Shown piece after piece: positions 1 through 8,383 of a stretch of DNA of 64,000 nt. A program made the translations under genes and the position numbers. Below the pieces are notes generated by a model that worked only from the letters and a program-made list of their open reading frames with translations, did no database searches and was not told the DNA's origin. The DNA comes from Salinivirgaceae bacterium (GTDB taxonomy: Bacteria > Bacteroidota > Bacteroidia > Bacteroidales > SZUA-534). Each line of letters begins with the position of its first letter. Position 1 is the stretch's first letter. The stretch lies in the NCBI GenBank assembly GCA_024405635.1, contig JAKSOL010000009.1, positions 32,001 through 96,000 on the forward strand, in the 5' to 3' direction.

Positions 1-774
1 TTTTCAAACAACATTACAGCTCAAACTTTCCACACATCGCACCCAAACCGAGTTGAAGTATTTGATGATGGATCGGATATAATAATGTACGATGCCGACT
101 TTCACGAAATCTTTACATCTCCGCTACTCAAACAAGCTAACGTTTACGAAACCTTTCCAGCCTTTTCGCCCGATGGCAAGTGGCTATATTTTTGTAGCGC
201 ACCAGCAGTTGAGCAAGTTGAGCTAAACTTTGCCAATGTACACTACTCGCTTTGCCGCATTGCTTTTGATGCCGATAGCCGAAGTTTTGGAACCACAGTT
301 GACACAATATATAATGCCCGCATAATGGGCGGCAGCGTTTCGTTTCCTCGCATTTCGCCCGACGGACGAATGCTTGTCTTCACCTTGAGCCAATTTGGCA
401 ACTTTAGCATTTGGCACCGCGATGCCGATTTATATGCCATCGACTTTACAAAACGCACATTACATCGAATTGACGAAATAAACTCACCCGACGTTGAAAG
501 TTATCACTCATGGAGCAGCAACAGCCGTTGGTTAGTGTTCAGTTCGCGCCGCGACGATGGCCTATACACTCGACTCTATTTTGCATATTTCGATGCTAAT
601 GGTCGAGCTCATAAACCATTTATGCTACCTCAACAAAATCCAGCCAAGCATTATTTGCAACTCGATTTTAGCTACAACATTCCTGAATTTATGACAGGAC
701 CAGCCATTGTTAAAACAAAACAACTATACAAAGCATCGCAAGCTGAAATGATTGAAGCTAAATACATTTATTAA
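1..774 (+). CDS. TolB-like PD40/WD40-repeat beta-propeller protein, 5' truncated by the window edge
   Basis: Frame is open from base 1. Repeated PD40 motifs: PAFSPDGKWLYF, PRISPDGRMLVF, HSWSSNSRWLVFSS. Confidence 0.8.
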   Translation, partial: FSNNITAQTFHTSHPNRVEVFDDGSDIIMYDADFHEIFTSPLLKQANVYETFPAFSPDGKWLYFCSAPAVEQVELNFANVHYSLCRIAFDADSRSFGTTVDTIYNARIMGGSVSFPRISPDGRMLVFTLSQFGNFSIWHRDADLYAIDFTKRTLHRIDEINSPDVESYHSWSSNSRWLVFSSRRDDGLYTRLYFAYFDANGRAHKPFMLPQQNPAKHYLQLDFSYNIPEFMTGPAIVKTKQLYKASQAEMIEAKYIY

Positions 775-792
775 GCCCTTCCCCCAACCAAC

Positions 793-834
793 AAAAAAAC
801 GCTCGTAAACTTTTCTGTTTACGAGCGTTTTTTT
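793..834. terminator. Bidirectional intrinsic terminator
   Basis: AAAAAAACGCTCGTAAAC-ttttct-GTTTACGAGCGTTTTTTT between convergent genes. Confidence 0.85.
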
Positions 835-853
835 ACTTAACACACACTTTGTT

Positions 854-2083
854 TTAATTCTTGCAACAACAATGTTCGTGCTGCTCATGATCGTGATTAT
901 GTTCTTGTGCTTGATTATGGTTTTTGCAACAGCACGACTCCTTTTCACTTTCGTGAACATGCTCATGTTCATGTTCATGTTCATGCTCACCGGCACAGCA
1001 ACAATGCTCGTGCTGATGGTTATGATCCGCTCCTTCATGATTGTGAGGGTGGGTGTGATGGTGCCACAACGCATTAACCAGTAGAAGTGCTAAAACTATT
1101 GTACAAATTGTACAGAACAAACTAAACGACTCGTGGCATGTATCCACCGAACTTACTGTTGGCATAAACCACTCTGCTGGCAACAAATAATCAATTCCTA
1201 TTCCAAACAAAATACTTCCACTAATGATTGACGCCAAATAGGTTATTAATGTGCGACGACCTAATATTTTGTTTATCACCAAAATAGAAGCAACATTGCA
1301 TGCAGGCCCAGCCATAAGCAACACTAACGCTGCCCCAGGTGTTAATCCTTTTAACATTAGCGCCACTGCAATTGGAATGCTACCTGTTGCACATATATAC
1401 ATTGGTATTGCAATACAAAGCACAAGCAACATGCTCAAAAAAGTATTGTCTTTAAATACCTCAAAAAAACTATCAGGAACAAGCACTGTTATTAAGCCTG
1501 CCACTATCAAACCTACTACAAGCCATTTGCCTATATCTTCCATCATTTCAACAAAAGCATAACTCAAAGCTTCTTTCATTCTTCCAGCAAAACCATTAGC
1601 AGGTTTTGTTTTTCCACAGCCACAACCACCTACTTCAACATTCAAGTCGCCATCATCTTTTCTATTACGATTAGCAACATTCACCATTTGTCCTCCAAAA
1701 ACTGCAGTTATCAATGCGGCAAATGGTCTAATAATGGCAAAAGGCAACCCCATAAGCGAATAAGTAGCTATTATCGAATCAACTCCCGTTTGTGGCGTAG
1801 CAATCAAAAACGAAACAGCCGAGCCTTTTGAAGCTCCTTCTTTTCGCAACGACATTGCCGTTGGAATAACTCCGCACGAACACAATGGCAAAGGAATGCC
1901 AAACAATGCCGCGTAAATAACCGAACTTAAACTATTGCCCGACAAATACTTACTATAAAGATTCCCGGGGATAAAAGCATGCATCAATCCTGCAAGCAAA
2001 AAACCTAAAAGAAGATACGGAGACATTTCGTTTACTATCTCCAAAATTTCAGATAAAACATTAATTAAACTTTCCATATACAT
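854..2083 (-). CDS. DUF318/SO_0444-type metal (Cu/Zn) permease with a His/Cys-rich C-terminal tail
   Basis: GIPLPLCSCGVIP and PMYICATGSIP motifs, multiple TM segments, and a tail with HEHEHE and three CCC motifs. Confidence 0.85.
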   Translation of the reverse strand: MYMESLINVLSEILEIVNEMSPYLLLGFLLAGLMHAFIPGNLYSKYLSGNSLSSVIYAALFGIPLPLCSCGVIPTAMSLRKEGASKGSAVSFLIATPQTGVDSIIATYSLMGLPFAIIRPFAALITAVFGGQMVNVANRNRKDDGDLNVEVGGCGCGKTKPANGFAGRMKEALSYAFVEMMEDIGKWLVVGLIVAGLITVLVPDSFFEVFKDNTFLSMLLVLCIAIPMYICATGSIPIAVALMLKGLTPGAALVLLMAGPACNVASILVINKILGRRTLITYLASIISGSILFGIGIDYLLPAEWFMPTVSSVDTCHESFSLFCTICTIVLALLLVNALWHHHTHPHNHEGADHNHQHEHCCCAGEHEHEHEHEHVHESEKESCCCKNHNQAQEHNHDHEQHEHCCCKN

Positions 2084-2133
2084 ATTATTTTAAGTGTGTC
2101 AATCAAAAACCGACGCAAAGAAACACTCCAATT

Positions 2134-2152
2134 TTTGCAACTCAGTTGCAAA
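2134..2152. promoter_or_regulatory. Perfect 9-1-9 palindrome, candidate Fur/Zur-family operator
   Basis: TTTGCAACT-C-AGTTGCAAA between the divergent permease and Fur-family genes. Confidence 0.65.
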
Positions 2153-2218
2153 GTGAACCCTCACTCATATTTTAACCACACTATATATAATAGCACACTA
2201 AACCTTTATCTTTGCCAC

Positions 2219-2626
2219 ATGAACAACAAACAAATAGAAAACATTTTATCAGGAAACGGCATACATCCTACAGCAGTGCGCGTAGTAGTATGGAACGCCA
2301 TAGCCGACAAGCACGAGCCGTTTACCCTAAAAGATGCCGAACAATGGCTACCCTACACCGACCGCAGTAGCATATTTAGAACCCTAAAACTCTTTGCCGA
2401 CCAACATTTGCTACACGAACTTGACGACGGCTCGGGCATACGCAAGTATTGTTTATGCAGATGCGAGTCGAAGCAACATATAGGCCATGTTCACTTTACT
2501 TGCACTAGTTGTGGGAAAACATTTTGCCTTGACAATTGCCACATACCAAGCGTTATATTACCCAAAGGATATACACAACACGAAGCCGAGTACTTAATAA
2601 AAGGTATATGCAGCAATTGCCAATAA
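2219..2626 (+). CDS. Fur-family (Zur-like) transcriptional regulator
   Basis: T..R helix, DRSSIFRTL, HVHFTCTSCG and a C-terminal CSNC. The ATG at 2219 is preferred over the ORF-track start at 2096. Confidence 0.85.
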   Translation: MNNKQIENILSGNGIHPTAVRVVVWNAIADKHEPFTLKDAEQWLPYTDRSSIFRTLKLFADQHLLHELDDGSGIRKYCLCRCESKQHIGHVHFTCTSCGKTFCLDNCHIPSVILPKGYTQHEAEYLIKGICSNCQ

Positions 2627-2872
2627 ATATTTTAAGGCAGAAATCATAAAATTCAAAAACCATTATCAATAAATAGGCAAACAACCGTAAATGGTCAAAC
2701 GCATTATAAATTAATAGATTACGCAAACAACATAAAAAGCAACAAAATACTCCACCCAAAAAAACGCTCTATTGGTCCAAAAAAAGCAAATATTTCTTGC
2801 ATAAGAGAACAAATAGTAGTTATTTCGACCCGTTAAAAATTTATTTATTAAACCTTTTAAAAACTTTAAACA

Positions 2873-3859
2873 ATGAAGAAATTCGTTTTTGGTGCTTTGG
2901 CACTATGCGCATTGGCATTCGTTTCTTGTAAAGACGACGATGACAAAAAAAAAGAAGAAGTAAAAGTAACCATTAAAGAGGCTACTCTTTCTTTGAAAGT
3001 TGGTGAAACAGCAACTTTGACTGTAACCCCAGCTGACGCAGCTTTGACATCAAACAATGCTGAAGTTGCAACTGTTGACGCTAAGGGCGTTGTAACTGCT
3101 GTCGCTGCTGGTGAGGCTGTAATCACAGCTACCAAAGGTGACAAAAAAGCAGAATGCAAAGTAACCGTTACTGCTAAAGGTGAAGAAACTCCAGAAGATC
3201 CAAAAGATCCAAATGGAGCTAAAAGTAGCATCGGTAATGTTGATGGTGTAGTTCCTGGCGGTGAAGTAAAAGAGCAAGAGGTTTACATGTCAGTATCTGG
3301 TAACCCAGAGCCAACTGCTCAAAAAATCAACATCGAGGCTGGTTCTTTCGATGCAAAAGGTATCGTTAAAGTTGTTTTGACTTCAACTGCTGACGGTTCA
3401 TACTGGAAAGAAGACGGTAGCGCATTCGCAGGTCGTGAGGAAGACGTTCCAACATTTGAGAACGTATATGTTTGCCCAACAACCGATATGGCTGCTAACC
3501 CATGGGATAACCAATTCTTCATCCAATGCACTGAAGATGGTTGGGCTGCTGGTGAGACCCACAAAGTATCTTACTTCATCGGTACACTACAAGCAACTCC
3601 ATTTGTAACAGAAGCTTCTGATGGTTCAGACTCTACCTACTACAAATCAATCGGTGCACAATGCCACACTAACGTAGGTGATTACAAACACTGGAAGGGT
3701 GCTGGTAACGGCCAATGCATCGTTGACGGTAAATGGCACAAAATCGACGTAGATTACACTGTTGATGCTGACGCTGATGGTATGAAAACATTCGCATTCA
3801 ACTTGAATGATCCAGCTCCAGCTAACATCTTCTTCTTCACTGAGATCTCTGTTGAGTAA
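2873..3859 (+). CDS. Surface lipoprotein with a bacterial Ig-like (Big_2) domain and a probable carbohydrate-binding C-terminal domain
   Basis: Lipobox FVSC followed by KDDDD. Big_2 pattern LKVGETATL...VATVD..G.VTA...GEAVITAT, then a Pro-rich linker and a WDNQFFI motif. Confidence 0.7.
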   Translation: MKKFVFGALALCALAFVSCKDDDDKKKEEVKVTIKEATLSLKVGETATLTVTPADAALTSNNAEVATVDAKGVVTAVAAGEAVITATKGDKKAECKVTVTAKGEETPEDPKDPNGAKSSIGNVDGVVPGGEVKEQEVYMSVSGNPEPTAQKINIEAGSFDAKGIVKVVLTSTADGSYWKEDGSAFAGREEDVPTFENVYVCPTTDMAANPWDNQFFIQCTEDGWAAGETHKVSYFIGTLQATPFVTEASDGSDSTYYKSIGAQCHTNVGDYKHWKGAGNGQCIVDGKWHKIDVDYTVDADADGMKTFAFNLNDPAPANIFFFTEISVE

Positions 3860-3889
3860 TCTCTATCTTTAGAAGATTAAGTAATACGG

Positions 3890-3926
3890 CTCGCCCTTCG
3901 TTTTGCAACGAAGGGCGAGTTTTTTT
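3890..3926 (+). terminator. Intrinsic terminator
   Basis: CTCGCCCTTCGTT-ttgc-AACGAAGGGCGAG followed by a T7 tract. Confidence 0.9.
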
Positions 3927-4066
3927 ATGCACATTTTTGAAATATGCCACGTTCTCAATGTGTTATTGCCAAACTATTAAAAGCAGACCAAGCGATATGT
4001 ATTTGGCAAAATTTTAACACCTTTGACACACTTATAAAAACATTATCTTTATTAAACTAAAACACA

Positions 4067-5605
4067 ATGACACTAACAAAGTATCTGGCAATAGCAACGG
4101 CTGCGTTGCTCGTTTCGTGCACAGCAAACAACATCACACCTATTACTACAATTAGCACCGGAGCAATTGAAGGAGTTTACTCCGAAGGTGTATATGCATT
4201 CAAAGGCATACCGTATGCAAAAGCTAAACGTTTTCAACCTGCTGAGGTGGCCGACTCGTGGACAGATACTTTAAAATGCACAGAATATGGGCCATGGGCT
4301 AAACAAGCCGAAAACGATGGTCGCTCAGTTGAAGGCAAAGGCGACTTTATGGTAAATGTTTGGACTACAGGACTAAACGATGGAGGCAAACGCCCAATTA
4401 TGTTTTGGATTCATGGTGGAGGTTTTTCATTTGGTTCTGCCAACGCCGACCCTACCGATGGCGTTCATCTTGCTCAAAAAAATGTTGTTGTGGTAAGCAT
4501 CAACCACCGTTTAGATGTTATGGGATTTTTAGACCTTTCGGCTTTTGGAGGAAAATGGGAAAACTCGGTGAATGTTGGCATGACCGACATTATTGCTGCA
4601 TTAAAATGGACCCAAACAAATGCCGAAACATTTGGTGGCGACGCTAACAACATTACAATTTTTGGAGAATCGGGCGGTGGCGGCAAGGTTGGCACTTTGC
4701 TATGCATGCCCGAAGCTAAAGGGCTATTTAGCAAAGCTATTATTCAAAGTGGCGCAAAAATCAACATAACAAATAGCGAAATATCAAAACAACTTGGCAA
4801 AAACGTAGTAGCAGAATTGGGGTTGTCGGCCGAAACCTTAGACCAAATACAAACCATTAGCTACGACACTCTGCTAAAAGTAAGCCGAAAATGCCAAGCC
4901 GAAATACTTGGACCACGAGCACCTGGCAGTGTTAAAATGTGGGGATTTTGCCCTACTGCCGATGGCAAAACTCTTTTGCAGCAACCTTACACACCAGGAT
5001 TTGCTAATCTTGCCAACAATGTTCCAATTATGATAGGCACAACGTTTAACGAACTTGAACGTAAATACTATACCGACACAACACTAACCCAAGCAAAAGC
5101 CGACTCAATTCTAGAAAAACGATATGGAGACCAAAAAGAAGAGTTTGTTGCAGCATTTAAACAAGCATACCCTACTCGTAACTTAGCCGATATGCTTGGC
5201 ATTGATGGCAATATACGCGCATTTACTTTAAATACCGCTGATGCAAAATCGGCAGTTGAGGGTGGCGCCCCTGTTTACGTTTACTTGCTTACTTGGGTGA
5301 GCGACATTGACGAGGGCGGCAGCGGTTGCTATCACTCACTCGACATTCCACTTTGCTTTAACAACCCATACGACGAACGTTACCAAGTAAAAGCAGGCGA
5401 CGAAAAGGCCCGCATTGTAGCCGACCGAATGAGCAACCTTTGGGTAAGTTTTGCAAAAAACGGCACCCCAACTTCTAATGGAGTTCCAACATGGACTCCA
5501 TACACAAAAGAAAACGGAGCAACCTTGATTATTGACAATCAGTTTGAAATGAAAAACAACTTTGACCGCGAATTACAAAACATTCTCTTTTCAAAGTTGA
5601 AATAA
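4067..5605 (+). CDS. Type-B carboxylesterase/lipase family lipoprotein
   Basis: FKGIPYA, WIHGGGF oxyanion loop, GESGG nucleophile elbow, lipobox LVSC. Confidence 0.9.
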   Translation: MTLTKYLAIATAALLVSCTANNITPITTISTGAIEGVYSEGVYAFKGIPYAKAKRFQPAEVADSWTDTLKCTEYGPWAKQAENDGRSVEGKGDFMVNVWTTGLNDGGKRPIMFWIHGGGFSFGSANADPTDGVHLAQKNVVVVSINHRLDVMGFLDLSAFGGKWENSVNVGMTDIIAALKWTQTNAETFGGDANNITIFGESGGGGKVGTLLCMPEAKGLFSKAIIQSGAKINITNSEISKQLGKNVVAELGLSAETLDQIQTISYDTLLKVSRKCQAEILGPRAPGSVKMWGFCPTADGKTLLQQPYTPGFANLANNVPIMIGTTFNELERKYYTDTTLTQAKADSILEKRYGDQKEEFVAAFKQAYPTRNLADMLGIDGNIRAFTLNTADAKSAVEGGAPVYVYLLTWVSDIDEGGSGCYHSLDIPLCFNNPYDERYQVKAGDEKARIVADRMSNLWVSFAKNGTPTSNGVPTWTPYTKENGATLIIDNQFEMKNNFDRELQNILFSKLK

Positions 5606-5630
5606 CCAAAACTCAACACTTTGCTCAACA

Positions 5631-6296
5631 ATGTTCAAATACATTCTTTTTGACCTTGATGGTACACTAACCGACCCTAAAATAGGTATTACAACTTGTG
5701 TACAATATGCTCTTGCGTCATTTGGAATACACGAACCTTGTCTTGATAAACTTGAACCGTTTATTGGTCCGCCACTAAAAGATAGTTTCATGCAGTTTTA
5801 CGGCATGAACGAACAAGATGCGTGGCTTGCATGCGAAAAATACCACGAACGTTTTGATGTTTTAGGAATTTTTGAAAACGAAATATATCCCGGCATTGCA
5901 ACAATGCTAGAACATCTTTGTGCATCGGGCAAAAAGTTAGCCATAGCATCAAGTAAACCCACCGACTTGGTTGAGCGAATATTACAACACTTTAACATTG
6001 CCCAATATTTTACGCATGTTGTTGGAAGCGAGAATAGAGGAAAAATACGCGGCACAAAACAAGAAGTGGTGAAAGAAGCCCTATGCCGATTACTTGGCAA
6101 TGAATTTAACAACATCAGCAAAAACAACATTGCCATGGTTGGCGACCGCAAATTTGATATTGAAGGAGCAAAAGCCTTTGGGTTAACAAGCATTGGTGTA
6201 TCGTTTGGATACGCCGCACCATGTGAACTTGAAACCGCCGGGGCCGATTTTATAGTTAACTCAGTTAACCAACTACAACATATTTTAAATCAGTAA
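5631..6296 (+). CDS. HAD-superfamily phosphatase (5'-nucleotidase/phosphoglycolate phosphatase-like)
   Basis: FDLDGTL, ASSK and MVGDR..D motifs. Confidence 0.9.
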   Translation: MFKYILFDLDGTLTDPKIGITTCVQYALASFGIHEPCLDKLEPFIGPPLKDSFMQFYGMNEQDAWLACEKYHERFDVLGIFENEIYPGIATMLEHLCASGKKLAIASSKPTDLVERILQHFNIAQYFTHVVGSENRGKIRGTKQEVVKEALCRLLGNEFNNISKNNIAMVGDRKFDIEGAKAFGLTSIGVSFGYAAPCELETAGADFIVNSVNQLQHILNQ

Positions 6297-6299
6297 TAT

Positions 6300-7700
6300 A
6301 TGTATTTCGAACTTTCGGACGATATTATATTTCCCGATCCTAGGCTTATTTTAGGCGAACACCAGTCCGAAACTCTTTATGCACTTGGCGGCGACTATCA
6401 ACCCAAACGAGTTCTTGAAGCTGCACGATGGGGAATTTTCCCTTGGAGTCCATTCCGTTCGCCCATAAAATCGTGGCATTGCCCAGCCGAGCGATTCGTA
6501 ATTTTTCCTAACGAGATACACATCTCGCACTCAATGCGCCAATTAATAAAAAAAGGCACTTACCGACTATCGGTTGATGAAGATTTTGAAGGAGTGATAA
6601 ATGGTTGTGCCGAATTTCGCATCGATAGCGATGGAGCTTGGCTTGGAGGTGATTTGATTGATGCGGTTATTGAACTACACAAACAAGGGCATGCACATAG
6701 CGTAGAAGTTTGGGACGGCGAAAAACTAGTTGGAGGTTTATACGGAGAACTAGTTGACGGCATTTTTTTTGGCGAGAGCATGTTTTCGCGGGTACCAAGC
6801 GGTAGCAAACTGGCTCTCATACATTTAGCCAAATTGATGCAAGAAAAAGGGTATCTTTTTATCGATTGCCAAATGCCAACCGACCACCTAAAAAGCATGG
6901 GAGGACGAACAATCAGTTACGATGAATACTTGCAACTAAAAGGCATAAGCGAAGGGCCTTCAGCTTTACGACCACAACAACTTAGTTGGCTTAATCCAAA
7001 AGTTCAAGCTTTTGATACTCAATTAAATCCGATTAAAAGCAGTCAATCGTTCATCAATTTTCTAACATACTGCGAGTTTGACGTACGACTACTTGATATC
7101 AACTACATAATTAGTCTTGATGACCACAACCGCGAGTTTGCCACGTACATACGAAACAACATGGTTGCATTTATCAGCGATAAAATGAAAAAACAAACAC
7201 CAGTAGAGTTTGTTGAAATTGAAAAAGCTGAAAATGAAAAAGATACCTTGATTTGGATATCTAAGTCGTGGGACGAACTAACCACATACGACTTGTACGA
7301 CATACTTAAACTCCGATCGGAAGTATTTGTAAACGAGCAAAACTGCACATATCAAGACATGGACGACAAAGATCAAAAAAGCCTGCATCTTATGTGCATG
7401 ACCACCGAAGGCGAATTAGCAGCCTATCTGCGCATCATTCCCAATGGTATTGAAAGCAAAACCGAAGGTAGCTTGGGAAGAGTTATTGTAAGCAAATCAT
7501 TTAGAGGCAACGGAATTGGCCACAAACTAATAAACCGAGGCATTGAGTTATACAAACACGAAGTTGGTCGCAAATACCCAATAACAATTCACGCACAATC
7601 GCATCTCGAAAAATTTTACGCTAAACACAACTTTGTAGCCACAAGCGACCCGTTTATGTACGAAGGACTAATGCACACCTTAATGAAACTCGAATTTTAA
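6300..7700 (+). CDS. aat: Leucyl/phenylalanyl-tRNA--protein transferase fused to a C-terminal ElaA-type GNAT domain
   Basis: N-terminal half: GIFPW, AHSVEVW..LVGGLYG..FFGESMFS, IDCQ..T.HL.SMG. C-terminal half: LYDILKLRSEVFV.EQ.C.YQD.D, GRV.V..RG.G.G, HAQ.HL.KFY. Confidence 0.85.
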   Translation: MYFELSDDIIFPDPRLILGEHQSETLYALGGDYQPKRVLEAARWGIFPWSPFRSPIKSWHCPAERFVIFPNEIHISHSMRQLIKKGTYRLSVDEDFEGVINGCAEFRIDSDGAWLGGDLIDAVIELHKQGHAHSVEVWDGEKLVGGLYGELVDGIFFGESMFSRVPSGSKLALIHLAKLMQEKGYLFIDCQMPTDHLKSMGGRTISYDEYLQLKGISEGPSALRPQQLSWLNPKVQAFDTQLNPIKSSQSFINFLTYCEFDVRLLDINYIISLDDHNREFATYIRNNMVAFISDKMKKQTPVEFVEIEKAENEKDTLIWISKSWDELTTYDLYDILKLRSEVFVNEQNCTYQDMDDKDQKSLHLMCMTTEGELAAYLRIIPNGIESKTEGSLGRVIVSKSFRGNGIGHKLINRGIELYKHEVGRKYPITIHAQSHLEKFYAKHNFVATSDPFMYEGLMHTLMKLEF

Positions 7701-7750
7701 ACTCCGAATTGAGTATCAAACAACACTATCATAAAAACACGCAACCATCT

Positions 7751-8332
7751 ATGGCTCAACTAATTTTCCCCACAAAAGAAACAAAAGAGCAAAACTGGGA
7801 AATACTTTCATCGCAATATGTTATTCAACGGCCATGGCTAACAGCCAGACTCGACCAACTTCAAATGCCAAACGGCCATATATGCGACGAATGGTACGTA
7901 CTTGAATACCCACATTGGGTTAATGTAATTGCAATAACCACTGACGGCCAACTAATTATGGAACGGCAATATCGCCACGGATTGCAACGCTTTGCTTGGG
8001 AAATACCAGCAGGAGTAGTTGAACAAAACGAAACACCTGAACAAGCAGCAAAACGCGAACTGCTTGAAGAAACAGGATTTGGTGGTGGCATTTGGACTGA
8101 AATGATGCAACTTTCGGCCAACCCAACAGCAATGAACAACATTAACCACACTTTTCTTGCTACTAATGTTGAGCAAGTTTCGCAACCAAACCAAGAAAGT
8201 ACCGAAGACATAAGCGTATGGCTTATGAAACCTAACGAAGTTTTAGCCATTCTTAAAAATGGCGGCATCGACCAATCGTTGATGGCCGCTCCACTTTGGA
8301 AATACTTTGCAGAATCAAAAACTACGCTTTAA
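7751..8332 (+). CDS. NUDIX hydrolase (ADP-ribose pyrophosphatase-like)
   Basis: Nudix box GVVEQNETPEQAAKRELLEETG and a QYRH motif. Confidence 0.9.
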   Translation: MAQLIFPTKETKEQNWEILSSQYVIQRPWLTARLDQLQMPNGHICDEWYVLEYPHWVNVIAITTDGQLIMERQYRHGLQRFAWEIPAGVVEQNETPEQAAKRELLEETGFGGGIWTEMMQLSANPTAMNNINHTFLATNVEQVSQPNQESTEDISVWLMKPNEVLAILKNGGIDQSLMAAPLWKYFAESKTTL

Positions 8333-8383
8333 CCATTTATGTAAAAAGACGTATTAATTATATATTTAGGCATTGAAACATTT

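Noticed and set aside
724-1084. Met-rich ORFs overlapping the permease tail
   Set aside because: Alternative-frame and antisense artefacts of the CAT-rich His repeats.
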